A stretch of DNA of 64,000 bases, taken from an uncultured Verrucomicrobiae bacterium. GTDB lineage: Bacteria > Verrucomicrobiota > Verrucomicrobiia > Chthoniobacterales > UBA10450. Positions 39,404-48,590 of this stretch are shown here, in pieces; position 1 is the stretch's first letter, and each line of letters opens with the position of its first letter. A program made the translations under genes and the position numbers. The stretch lies in assembly GCA_963839665.1 (NCBI GenBank), contig CAWIWB010000003.1, positions 85,626 through 149,625 of the forward strand, read 5' to 3'. The notes beneath the pieces were generated by a model that saw only the letters and a list, made by a program, of their open reading frames with translations, made no database searches and was not told the origin of the DNA.

Positions 39404-40867
39404 CTATCTTTGTGGTCCCAATTGTTGTATCCGGCGCAGATCGGCGTCGGCTTCGGCTGTCTTTCCGATGCGGCGTTGGCATTGCTCGCGTTCGCTAAGT
39501 GCGACCAGTGACTCATTAATTTCAATTGAGCGCGTTTGCGACGCGACGGCTCCTGCGAAGTCGGCACGCTGCCGTTCGAGCACGCCGCGGAAGAACCAGA
39601 TGTTTGAATTGTGAGGATCCAACTCCGTCGCGATGCGAGCATGCAACAGCGCCTCCTTTTGCCGGTCCAAACCATCCAGGTCTTGTGCCGCTTCGAAGTG
39701 TGCGGCTGCCGATTTATCATTGATCGCCAGCGCGGCATTCGCGTCTGCGAGGGCGAGCGTGAATTGACGCAGGTCTCTCAAAATTTTAGCGCGCGCAATC
39801 AGCGCCTCAGCATCCTTGGGATTCGCTGATAAACGAGTGTCGAGCGTTCCAAGTTCTCGCAATGCCTCATCGCTAACGTGTCCGCCCCCGGACGGACTCG
39901 CCGTGGCGAGCTTGTCCTCTCCACGACGAAGATACCTGTCGACCCCCAACTTTGCCGCGTTCTCGGCTTGGCCTGCATCCAGCAATGCTTCGGCTAATTC
40001 AATGCGCGCGCGCATCGATGCGGGCTGAAGCTTGAATGCGCGCTCGGCGTCATCGATCGCCAGTAACGGACGGCCGGCGAGAATCAAAACGCGGGCACGT
40101 TCAAGCAACAGTCCCGCAACTGCGGGATCATCTGGTGATTTTGCGATCTGCGCATCGAGCGGTTTGATTTGCGGCAGGAATTTTTGTAATCGCTCAAATT
40201 CCGGGAGCCACGCCTTCACTTGTGAACTGGTGGCATCTGTTTTGTTCGCTTTCGCCATGTCGGCATAAGCGGCGTCCCAGTTATGCAGACGCAGAAAAGC
40301 GACAGCACGCCGCACACGGCGCGCAACCGTGTCCTGTGCCGCGATAGCCTTCGTCAGGTATGACGCGTGGTCCGCCCAACGCGACTGCGCTGCGCATAAT
40401 TCGGCGAGATTGTCGTAATCGGTCGCCACGTCGGCTCGCGGCGGTTTGGTCCTGATAAACGCAAGCCAGTGCTGCTCGGCACATCCATAATCCTTGCGTT
40501 TGAAGCAGAGACCGGCGCGGAAATCTTCGATCGCTGCGGGCGATCGCTTGAATGCTTTTTGCCACTGATCGAGAGTACGCTCCAATCCATCGAGCTCCTC
40601 GGTTTGCACCTGCGTCTGAGCGAGCGTGTCCCATGTGCCGGAATCGTTCGGAGCGATGGCGACAATGCGGCGGCTCAATTCAATGATTGCCGGTTTGTCT
40701 TCGGCGTCTTGAGCTTTCTTCAGTTGCTCTCGCAACTTTTGAAGCTCCGGGGTTTCAGCAGCGACGAAAGCGCTGGCAGTCAGCAGAACAAGAACGGCGA
40801 TCGCGAACGTCCTCAAGTGGTTCGCGATCTTGGCGATCGCGACGCGAAGGTTCAAGCAATTTCGCAA
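39404..40867 (-). CDS. tetratricopeptide repeat protein (secreted)
   Basis: 487 aa with an N-terminal signal (AIAVLVLLTASAFVAAE) and multiple TPR-like helical pairs. It ends 6 nt before the A2M start on the same strand. Confidence 0.65.
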   Translation of the reverse strand: MRNCLNLRVAIAKIANHLRTFAIAVLVLLTASAFVAAETPELQKLREQLKKAQDAEDKPAIIELSRRIVAIAPNDSGTWDTLAQTQVQTEELDGLERTLDQWQKAFKRSPAAIEDFRAGLCFKRKDYGCAEQHWLAFIRTKPPRADVATDYDNLAELCAAQSRWADHASYLTKAIAAQDTVARRVRRAVAFLRLHNWDAAYADMAKANKTDATSSQVKAWLPEFERLQKFLPQIKPLDAQIAKSPDDPAVAGLLLERARVLILAGRPLLAIDDAERAFKLQPASMRARIELAEALLDAGQAENAAKLGVDRYLRRGEDKLATASPSGGGHVSDEALRELGTLDTRLSANPKDAEALIARAKILRDLRQFTLALADANAALAINDKSAAAHFEAAQDLDGLDRQKEALLHARIATELDPHNSNIWFFRGVLERQRADFAGAVASQTRSIEINESLVALSEREQCQRRIGKTAEADADLRRIQQLGPQR

Positions 40868-40920
40868 TCAAGCAATAATCCTTGCATTCGCTCGTCCAGG
40901 GTTTCGGCATGGGTGCCAGC

Positions 40921-41114
40921 GCCAAAGGTGCGGTCTCATTGTCAGCCTGGGGCAACGCCCCAGGAGATGGATTTAATTGGATGAGCGCTGAAAGCGCGAT
41001 TCACATCCGGGCGTAACAGACTATCTGGATTGACTCGCGCTTTCAGCGCGTTTTACCTCGTGTGACCAAAATCCTGGGACGCTGTCCCAGGCTACGATTG
41101 AGATAGCGCCTTTG
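40921..41114. mobile_element. ~190-bp palindromic MITE-like element (family H)
   Basis: The outer arms gccaaaggtgcggtctcattgtcagcctgg and ccaggctacgattgagatagcgcctttggc are inverted. The inner arms gagcgctgaaagcgcg and cgcgctttcagcgcg are also inverted. Confidence 0.6.
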
Positions 41115-41158
41115 GCGGGAACGTATCGAACCGTCATGTTCTCGACGCTAGGAAGCGG

Positions 41159-41827
41159 TCATTCGTTGACCTTCAGCGCTTTGCCCGTGCGCAGGAAAAT
41201 CTTGCCGCTGGGACAGAGCTTGAACACTTCGCACCGGCTGCAGTCCGGTTTGCGCGCATAGCAGCGGCGCCGCCCGTGCCAGATGAGCCAGTGACTCCAG
41301 TTTGTCCAGTGCTCGCGCGGCACGAGTTTCATTAAGTCGAGCTCAATCTTTACCGGGTCGTTTTGTTTCGTTAGGCCAAGGCGCTGCGACAGCCGGATCA
41401 CATGTGTGTCGACGACGATCCCTTCGTCTATATGAAAGGCGTTGCCCAGTACCACGTTCGCAGTCTTACGGCCGACGCCCGGCAACGCACACAATTCCGC
41501 CATGGTTTCGGGCACTTTTCCGCCGTGTTTCTCGACGATTTCGCGCATCGCGCCTTGAATGCTTTTCGCTTTGTTACGATAGAAGCCGGTGGATTTGATC
41601 GTATTCTCCAACTCAGGGAGCGGCGCTTCCGCATAATGTTTCGCCGCACGGTATTTCCGAAACAGCGCTGGCGTAACGATGTTGACGCGTTTGTCTGTGG
41701 ATTGTGCCGAGAGAATAGTCGCTACAAGCAGCTGGAGCGGATTTCGAAAGTCCAGCTCGCAATGTGCATTTGGATAAATTTTTGGCCAGGCTTTCAGAAG
41801 CTGTGCCACGCGTTCGCGAGGGCTCAT
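41159..41827 (-). CDS. nth: endonuclease III
   Basis: HhH motif LCALPGVGRKTANVVL, catalytic Lys/Asp region, and a 4Fe-4S ligand pattern CYARKPDCSRCEVFKLC (C-x6-C-x2-C-x5-C). I start it at ATG 41827 (MSPRERVAQLL); ORF track start is 41986. Confidence 0.85.
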   Translation of the reverse strand: MSPRERVAQLLKAWPKIYPNAHCELDFRNPLQLLVATILSAQSTDKRVNIVTPALFRKYRAAKHYAEAPLPELENTIKSTGFYRNKAKSIQGAMREIVEKHGGKVPETMAELCALPGVGRKTANVVLGNAFHIDEGIVVDTHVIRLSQRLGLTKQNDPVKIELDLMKLVPREHWTNWSHWLIWHGRRRCYARKPDCSRCEVFKLCPSGKIFLRTGKALKVNE

Positions 41828-41927
41828 CCGGCTATTATTCCCCAAGGCGGCTATAGGTTTCAATCCGCCTTTGGACTTAACGTCCCGAAATCCTCGATTT
41901 CGTGAACTGCGATTAGCGGATCTGGAT

Positions 41928-42539
41928 TTATTCTGGCGTGGGCGAAGGAGATGGCGACCCGGGCTGCGTATCAGATGACTCCGCATTGGGAGATGCTATC
42001 CCGCTCATGTTCTTCCTTCGTTCCTCTTCGAGACGACGCAATCGTTCGGCGCGGGCTGCTGTTGCCGTGCCTTTTTCAGCTGTTCCAGCATCCAACAATG
42101 AGCGGTCACGAACGAGCGCCTGAAGTTCGGGTGGAAGCTCTTGTATTTTCTTTTCTCTTTCGGCTTTCGCCTGCTCGGGATCGGGCTTCTGGCCCTGAAG
42201 CACAGCGTCCCGCTCTTTTGCAAGCCTTGCAGGGTTCATCTGCGCGCGGTCGGGAATAAGCGAACGAATCTCCGGAGGGAGCTGTTGTAATCGCTTTTCT
42301 CTGTCCGCTTCCACCTCGGCGGGGTTGCGAGCCTGCCGCCGCGACGGAATGATACGCCTGTTCGGTATGGCTTTTTCGCGTTCGACCAATGCTTTCTCTC
42401 TTTCGTCAAGCGCCTTCTCGCGTGTGTCCAGTTCTGCTTTCCGTTGAGCAAGTTGCGCTTCAGCTGCCGAATCCTGTTTTTGGCAGGCGCAAATCATCGC
42501 AAAACAGATGAACGTCGAAAGGACAAAGATTCTTTTCAT
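41928..42539 (-). CDS. coiled-coil lipoprotein (paralog of 43192..43743)
   Basis: From ATG 42539: MKRIFVLSTFICFAMICACQKQDSAAEAQLAQRKAELDTREKALDEREKAL. It contains two copies of a QQLPPEIRSLIPDR-like box. Confidence 0.6.
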   Translation of the reverse strand: MKRIFVLSTFICFAMICACQKQDSAAEAQLAQRKAELDTREKALDEREKALVEREKAIPNRRIIPSRRQARNPAEVEADREKRLQQLPPEIRSLIPDRAQMNPARLAKERDAVLQGQKPDPEQAKAEREKKIQELPPELQALVRDRSLLDAGTAEKGTATAARAERLRRLEEERRKNMSGIASPNAESSDTQPGSPSPSPTPE

Positions 42540-42581
42540 ATCAGGAGCAAACCATAATTCCGTGATTGTGATAAACAACAG

Positions 42582-43106
42582 CTAAGGTTCATTCACGACC
42601 ACTTTGGCCGCTGGCTTACTCAGCTCGAGCTGCGCGCTCACTTTTTGGATTTGCGCTGTCTGTCTTTGAGCTGCGCTGTGAGAACCTCCATTCCTTTCCG
42701 TTGCTGCGGGACGGTGGCTGCCAGCTCGTGAAACTTTCTTGTGCTCTTTGAGGAACTCTTTGAGCAAGATGTTGTTGATCTGCTCGTAGGGGACGGCAGT
42801 GACGTTACCACTCTTGCCATACACGACGAGTTGGGGCTCCCCCTCGGCGATTAAGCCACGTTAAATTGATCGACATATTCTGGTAATTGCCTGCCGGGTC
42901 GCTAATCGGCTCGCCGTAGATGCTGCCGATGAAGCAGGTGTTATCCAACTTGCAAAAGTACCTGCACCAGGTGCGTCGATCGCGAAGCAGTTAATGACGC
43001 GCGCGCTCCCCGTGCCGTGCTCGTCACCGACACAGACATTTCCGCTGCCATCTACAAGGAAGCTAGAGCCATCATCGGCGATGGCTGTGTTACTCGTGCC
43101 TGACAT
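42582..43106 (-). pseudogene. truncated, frameshifted remnant of a tail-fibre-like protein (paralog of 43867..45291)
   Basis: ORF 42582..42824 ends ...VPYEQINNILLKEFLKEHKKV...QIQKVSAQLELSKPAAKVVVNEP, compared with ...ETIPVLLLNEFLKEHKKVEEQQ...QIQKVSAQLEVSKTAPQVVANKP in the full copy. The upstream piece 42861..43106 is in another frame, and the S74 core is missing. Confidence 0.6.
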
Positions 43107-43191
43107 GATTCCTTAAGGTTACGTCACCGAACGCATCATCGCTGCTGGTACTGTTCACACTGAGCTAGCAGTGCGACACCACCGCCCGGAC

Positions 43192-43743
43192 TTATTGCGG
43201 CGTAGGAGATGGAGTCAGCAAAGTATCCTCCGCTGCAGGAGACATTGCCGCGCCAGACGTCTTTGCTTGATCCAGCTTACGCTGCCATTCGCGTTGTAAG
43301 TCTTCGGGGCTAAGCTGTATTTGGTTAGATAGGCTGCTCCTGTCTTTTTCCGGTCGCGCCTCCGCTGGATCGGATGATTCTCGTTTGTCCCTGCGGCTTT
43401 CGGCTTTCACTCGCGAGGCATCTGGAATCAGCGCCCGAAACTCGGGCGGCAGCTGTTGTATTCTCCTGTCTCTTTCCGTTTTGGCTTCAGCTGCATTGGG
43501 AAGCTGTCGTGGCGACTGAAGTTCAGGCCGAATCGTGCTGGTGTTCGCGGTAGCCTTTTCTCTTTCAGCCAACGCCCTTTCCCTGGCGTCTAACGTTTTC
43601 TCTGTTTCGCCCAAGGCTGTCGCGCGCGCGTCCAACTCGATTTTTCGCTGAGCAAGTTGCGCTTCAGCGGCCGAATCTTGCCTTTGGCAGGAGCAAATCA
43701 TCGCGAAGGAGGCCAGTGTCGAAAGAAGAAACATTTTTTTCAT
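43192..43743 (-). CDS. coiled-coil lipoprotein (paralog of 41928..42539)
   Basis: From ATG 43743: MKKMFLLSTLASFAMICSCQRQDSAAEAQLAQRKIELDARATALGETEKTL and a RIQQLPPEFRALIPD box. Confidence 0.6.
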   Translation of the reverse strand: MKKMFLLSTLASFAMICSCQRQDSAAEAQLAQRKIELDARATALGETEKTLDARERALAEREKATANTSTIRPELQSPRQLPNAAEAKTERDRRIQQLPPEFRALIPDASRVKAESRRDKRESSDPAEARPEKDRSSLSNQIQLSPEDLQREWQRKLDQAKTSGAAMSPAAEDTLLTPSPTPQ

Positions 43744-43866
43744 GTGAGCAGCACAGAGTCTACTGGATGGACAATTCATAGCAAGAAAGGCGTTCGCCGC
43801 GAGGGCGAACGCCTTTCCAATTCGCCTCGGTGCTTTTAACACGCAAGGCCAATCTGTGTCGGAGCT

Positions 43867-45291
43867 TTACGGCTTGTTCGCGACTACTTGTGGCGCAGTT
43901 TTGCTGACTTCAAGCTGCGCGCTCACCTTCTGGATTTGCGCGGCCTGCTCTTTGAGTTGCGCAACCATCGTCTGCATTTCGCTCTTTAACTGGCTGATGC
44001 TCGCCTGCTGTTCCTCGACTTTCTTGTGTTCTTTGAGGAACTCGTTAAGCAACAGTACGGGGATCGTCTCGTAGCGCACGCCGGTGACCTCCCCTTGGGG
44101 ATTACGTGTTATCCAGTCGAGGTTTACCTCGGCGACTTCTTCCGCGACCAAGCCAAATTCAGGCTCGTTAGTGTTATCGCTCTTCCAGTGAAACGTAACG
44201 GGTCTGAGAGCCAGGATGCCTTCGCTGAGCTTATCGATCGGTGCAATGTCCTTTTTGAATTTCCGTGAGGAAAGAGTCGCATCGGCGAGCTTACCGTTGG
44301 GGCCAACCACTACAGCATGGGACCCAGCGACCGGCGTTTGGTTGAAGATGCCGCCAACAAAGGCGCTTGAGTTCCCGTTCGTAGTCGAGAAGGTGTCGCC
44401 GATCGAAAAAGATCTGAGGCCTCCCAGCTCGAGGTACAGAAAGCCGCCGCCGGTGAAGCCGCCGCCGATGGTGAAGGCCTGCACGACGCCGACGTCACTG
44501 ACGTTGATGCCACCGGACGGCAAGTTGGTGCCGATGCGGATAGTGTTAGACTCACCGGCAGTGCCCACCACATTCGAGCCGATGGAAATATTACCACTTT
44601 CGGTGCCATTGTAGTTGTCACCGGCTAGCTCCCCAACCGCCGTGTTGTCGGAGCCGCTTGCTAAACTCTCGAGCGCACCAGCACCCACGGCGGTGTTTCT
44701 GGTGCCACTAGTGTTAGCGCGGAGCGAAAAGCCGCCGACGGCCGTGTTGAAGCTCGCGTCACTATTCTGGGCCGCGAAAACACCCACGCCCACGTTCGTG
44801 AAGTGCGAGGTGTTGTCCTCCAGCGCTTGAAAGCCGACCGCGGTGTTGGAACTGCTGGTGTTGTTACTGAGCGCGAACCCACCAACGGCCACGTTCCGTG
44901 AGCCGACATCGTTGAACTCCAACGCTGCAGCGCCAACTGCCGTATTATCTGAGCCGCTAGTGTTAAGCAACAGCGCTACTGCGCCAACTGCGGTATTGTC
45001 ATTGTCCGTGTTGAGGACTAACGATCCAGCGCCAACACCGGTGTTGAAGCTGCCGGCGGCGGTTGCATAGAGCGAACGCCAACCAAGTCCTGTATTTCCA
45101 GCCCCGCTAGTGAGGAATTGAAGCGCTTGGCAGCCTTCCGCTGTGGTAAAATTTGGGTAACACCCGTCCGGCGGCGGAGCAACTTCCGGAGCTGCGTTTG
45201 TTTGCGGCAAAAACCCAAAGCAGGCAAGCAAGCCGGTTGCGAGCATCGTGACTATGTTTCGATTTTTCATTGATTTAGTTTGTTCTTTCAT
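43867..45291 (-). CDS. tail fibre domain-containing surface protein (YadA-head-like NTAVG repeats + peptidase S74 intramolecular chaperone domain + C-terminal coiled coil)
   Basis: Signal peptide NIVTMLATGLLACFGFLPQTNAA. About 10 repeats of (S/D)NTAVGxxAL. The S74-like core is SSRKFKKDIAPIDKLSEGILALRPVTFHWKSD...EFGLVAEEVAEV. The coiled-coil tail is QLKSEMQTMVAQLKEQAAQIQKVSAQLE. Confidence 0.7.
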   Translation of the reverse strand: MKEQTKSMKNRNIVTMLATGLLACFGFLPQTNAAPEVAPPPDGCYPNFTTAEGCQALQFLTSGAGNTGLGWRSLYATAAGSFNTGVGAGSLVLNTDNDNTAVGAVALLLNTSGSDNTAVGAAALEFNDVGSRNVAVGGFALSNNTSSSNTAVGFQALEDNTSHFTNVGVGVFAAQNSDASFNTAVGGFSLRANTSGTRNTAVGAGALESLASGSDNTAVGELAGDNYNGTESGNISIGSNVVGTAGESNTIRIGTNLPSGGINVSDVGVVQAFTIGGGFTGGGFLYLELGGLRSFSIGDTFSTTNGNSSAFVGGIFNQTPVAGSHAVVVGPNGKLADATLSSRKFKKDIAPIDKLSEGILALRPVTFHWKSDNTNEPEFGLVAEEVAEVNLDWITRNPQGEVTGVRYETIPVLLLNEFLKEHKKVEEQQASISQLKSEMQTMVAQLKEQAAQIQKVSAQLEVSKTAPQVVANKP

Positions 45292-45525
45292 TTTTGGCCT
45301 TCTGTGATTTTCCCGGTCGCGTAGCCCGGCACTCGCAGGGGCACAGCGGCACTATCCTAATCATTTCTAGCCATTTATTGTTTCCGTCTCAAAAGGTTTT
45401 GCCAAGAATACCGGTGGGTGTCAAAGCAAAAAGGAAGGCGACAGGTGATTTCCCATGAAGCCATTCGAAGTCGCAAAAACCTTTTCGTGTTTTTCTTATT
45501 GGCCTAGTGTCGTGTCGTGCAAAGT

Positions 45526-46566
45526 ATGATGAAGGCCGTTGTGAAGGCCAAACGCGAGCCGGGTCTGTGGCTCGAGGATGTTCCGGTTCCAGAAGTTGGT
45601 GGCGATGACGTGCTGATCCGAGTGTTGAAGACGTCGATCTGCGGTACCGACGTGCACATCTATAACTGGGACGACTGGGCGCAGAAAACCATTCCAGTGC
45701 CGATGACCATCGGTCATGAGTTTGCCGGTGTCGTTGATGCTGTCGGTGATCACGTCAAAGGATTTGCGCGCGGCGATCTCGTGGTGGGCGAAGGACACAT
45801 CACCTGTGGACACTGCCGAAATTGCCTGGCCGGACGGCGGCATCTTTGTCCAAATACGCTTGGCGTCGGCGTGAATCGTCCCGGCGCGTGGGCCGAATTT
45901 GTGGCGATACCACAGGACAATTGCTGGCACGCCGATCCAGCGATTCCGCTGGATGTGCTTTCCTGTTTCGATCCGTTAGGCAACGCGGTGCACACCGCGC
46001 TCTCATTTGACCTCGTCGGAGAAGACGTGCTCATCACTGGCGCGGGCCCGATCGGTTGCATGGCGATTCCGATTTGCAAACGCGCGGGCGCGCGGCACGT
46101 GGTTGTCACCGATGTAAATCCGTACCGTTTAAATCTTGCTCAGAAAATGGGCGCCGATCTCGCACTTGATGTGCGCACCGACAAAGTTGCGGATGCAATG
46201 CAGAAGCTCGGAATGAAGGAAGGATTTGATGTCGCGCTGGAAATGTCCGGTAACCCGAAAGCATTCGCTGACATCTTGCCGAACATGTTTCACGGCGGCA
46301 AGATTGCCTTGTTAGGCATCATGCCCGGCAGCGCTGCCATCGATTGGAACACCGTCGTGTTCAGCGCGCTAACCATCAAAGGCGTTTACGGCCGCAAAAT
46401 GTACGAAACCTGGTACAAAATGACGGCCATGATCCAGAGTGGTCTGGATATTTCTCCCGTCATCACCCACCGCTTTCCGTATACCGAGTTCAAGGGAGCA
46501 ATCGAGTTAATGAAATCCGGTAACTCCGGCAAAGTAGTCCTTAACTGGAGCGAATTGTCATCCTGA
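45526..46566 (+). CDS. tdh: L-threonine 3-dehydrogenase
   Basis: Zn-dependent MDR dehydrogenase ([19 protein letters not shown], the structural Zn cysteines [15 protein letters not shown], and GAGPIGCMA). I start it at ATG 45526 ([11 protein letters not shown]). The last codons and the stop lie in a family A repeat arm. Confidence 0.85.
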   Translation: MMKAVVKAKREPGLWLEDVPVPEVGGDDVLIRVLKTSICGTDVHIYNWDDWAQKTIPVPMTIGHEFAGVVDAVGDHVKGFARGDLVVGEGHITCGHCRNCLAGRRHLCPNTLGVGVNRPGAWAEFVAIPQDNCWHADPAIPLDVLSCFDPLGNAVHTALSFDLVGEDVLITGAGPIGCMAIPICKRAGARHVVVTDVNPYRLNLAQKMGADLALDVRTDKVADAMQKLGMKEGFDVALEMSGNPKAFADILPNMFHGGKIALLGIMPGSAAIDWNTVVFSALTIKGVYGRKMYETWYKMTAMIQSGLDISPVITHRFPYTEFKGAIELMKSGNSGKVVLNWSELSS

Positions 46567-46585
46567 GCGAAGTCGAAGGTCTCTC
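46557..46585. repeat. family A repeat, single arm
   Basis: gtcatcctgagcgaagtcgaaggtctc. I found no matching inverted arm downstream. It overlaps the tdh stop codon (TGA 46564..46566). Confidence 0.55.
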
Positions 46586-46667
46586 GAATAATTTCCAAGC
46601 CGGTCGACATCGAACGGTCGCGCGAATTTTCTCCTTGCGCCAACTGCCTCCCGAGAAAATTAACTGA

Positions 46668-47414
46668 ATGAGCACACGAATCGATGAGATCGTTGGAGGT
46701 ATTTACAGGATTTCAACCTGGCAGCCGCAGTACGGAATTACATTCAACCAGTTTCTGATCGCTGATGAGCGACCAGCCTTGATTCATACGGGCATGCGCG
46801 ATTTGCACGGCTCCATTCGCAGCGCCATTCGCGAGGTGCTTGATCCGGCGAAGCTGGCATACGTCGTTTTGTTGCATTGGGAAGGCGATGAAAACGGCGG
46901 GATGGATCAATTCATGAAAGAAGCGCCGAAATCGGAGTTGATCGGATCGATGCTCTCAATTCAGCTCAACGCCATCGGGTTTGGGCTTGCTGAACGCGCA
47001 CGCGGCTTTCGCGATGGAGAAATCCTCGATTTGGGAACGCACAAGTTGCGATTTGTGGAGACGCCGCACGTGCATCATTGGGATTCGATGATGGTGATCG
47101 ATGAAACCTCGCGCAGTCTCTTTCCGTCGGATTTGTTTATTCAACCCGCCGATCAGCCACCTATGGTTACAGAGAACCTGTCGATGCCGATGCTCGATTT
47201 ATATCGCGCGGCTGGAATTTTCGCGCACGAATTACCGATTCGCCAGGTTGTTGATCGGCTGGAGAAAATGAATCTCGCTTGGGTTCACCCGATGCACGGA
47301 GGTTCGTTTGAGCAAAACGTCTTTCCCAATTACGCGAGGGCTCTGCGTGAAAACGAATTCGCTTATCGAGGGATGTTATTGGGCCGCGAAATCGCAAAAG
47401 TCGCGCCGATGTAG
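46668..47414 (+). CDS. MBL-fold protein (flavodiiron/ODP-like N-terminal domain type)
   Basis: 248 aa. GIYRISTWQPQYGITFNQFLIADERPALIHTG...LLHWEGDENGG...ETPHVHHWDS resembles the non-hydrolytic MBL fold of diiron proteins. The canonical HxHxDH motif is not intact. Confidence 0.55.
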   Translation: MSTRIDEIVGGIYRISTWQPQYGITFNQFLIADERPALIHTGMRDLHGSIRSAIREVLDPAKLAYVVLLHWEGDENGGMDQFMKEAPKSELIGSMLSIQLNAIGFGLAERARGFRDGEILDLGTHKLRFVETPHVHHWDSMMVIDETSRSLFPSDLFIQPADQPPMVTENLSMPMLDLYRAAGIFAHELPIRQVVDRLEKMNLAWVHPMHGGSFEQNVFPNYARALRENEFAYRGMLLGREIAKVAPM

Positions 47415-47418
47415 ATTT

Positions 47419-48174
47419 TCACCGCAGCGACGCCGCTTCTTTCTGCCGCCCTTCCAGCTCAAGCACCATCCGTTTGATGTGCCTGTAATCCTGGTGGCGG
47501 CGCAAGAACTGCAGACTCTCCTGCGGATCGCCCCATTTTAGAACTTCGATCGTTTCTGCACGCGCGCCCCAGCTGTTCATTTCACGCTGGTTCGCCATGT
47601 AAAGATCGATGGTGTTGCGTCCTGAAAGCGCCCAACCGTAGTCTTCCACGCGGTAGTTTTGTCCGGTCGAGAGCAGACGAAAGACTGTGCCGGCCGGCCA
47701 GCGCGACCAATCGGCCGCCGCGCTGCCGATCTGCGGCGGACCGGATACCACTACAGCGCGTTTGACGGCGCGAGTTGCTCTCGGGGCACGTTTCGGACCG
47801 GGTGTCACGGTTTCGCGGTCATCCATTGAGAACCGTTGCAGCCGTGGGGAGTATGAGGTGCTCTCATTCACCGGGATCGCGCGCGGCACTTCGTAGGCCA
47901 GCGTTGCGCGCGTTACAACTTCAGCGCGGTGAACCGCCGGACCTGCAGCGTGCAATTCTCCGCCAAGAGCGTTGTGATTACTGTATTGGCGATGGTCGGA
48001 TTCAGTATGCGTGTACGCCGTCGTGCGCACCTCCTGAAAATTCGTCTTCGCCAGCGGCGGCTCGTAAGCCGGCAATGCGGTATGGCGTGTAGTGCCGCAG
48101 CCCGTAAGGAGAATAAGGGCGATGAAAACCGCCAGCAGGATTAAGGCAAGGTTACGACGCTCAGCGTAGGTCAA
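47419..48174 (-). CDS. 3D domain-containing lipoprotein (MltA-like barrel)
   Basis: Lipobox ALILLTGCG. It contains VRTTAYTHTESD and AADWSRWPAGTVFRL...YRVEDYGWALSGRNTIDLYM. Confidence 0.7.
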   Translation of the reverse strand: MTYAERRNLALILLAVFIALILLTGCGTTRHTALPAYEPPLAKTNFQEVRTTAYTHTESDHRQYSNHNALGGELHAAGPAVHRAEVVTRATLAYEVPRAIPVNESTSYSPRLQRFSMDDRETVTPGPKRAPRATRAVKRAVVVSGPPQIGSAAADWSRWPAGTVFRLLSTGQNYRVEDYGWALSGRNTIDLYMANQREMNSWGARAETIEVLKWGDPQESLQFLRRHQDYRHIKRMVLELEGRQKEAASLR

Positions 48175-48590
48175 GGCGCATCACCAAGGCGAGTTATTAA
48201 CAGTTATTCACAATTTGGCAAGATCTTTCTGTCAGAGGGTTAGTGTGATTTACCTTGGGCCGTGCGCCTACCACCACCGCCGAAAAAAGTCTGGTGAAAG
48301 AAACGGCGTTAACGAAAAGGACAGCCCCGACAGTTTAGGGGAAACTTTTGGAGCTTCCTTGGGGAAACCTTTAGGAGGTTCCTGCCGGGGCTGTAAGATG
48401 CGGATAGTGCTTAGTGCACACCGTTTTTGTCAATGGTTTTTTCCGGTCGCCTTTGTGAAGTGACCAGTCCTCTTTTCATACAATCTGGAAGCCAGGAAAT
48501 CCGCGGAGGGGCTTATGCTGCTTTTTCTGGGCCGATTCATGGCTTCATGGTTTCCTGATCGATCTTTTCTGCGTAATCTGCAGCTTACTT

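Noticed and set aside
48241-48420. c-di-AMP (ydaO-type) or glycine riboswitch in the kbl / 3D-domain intergenic region
   Set aside because: Fragments such as ccgacag and ggggaaac are reminiscent, but I could not align the conserved ydaO cores (GGGGACCCA, CCCGAAUCCG...) or the glycine cores (GGAGAG...ACCGAAGGGGCAA) on either strand. I report it only as an unassigned structure.
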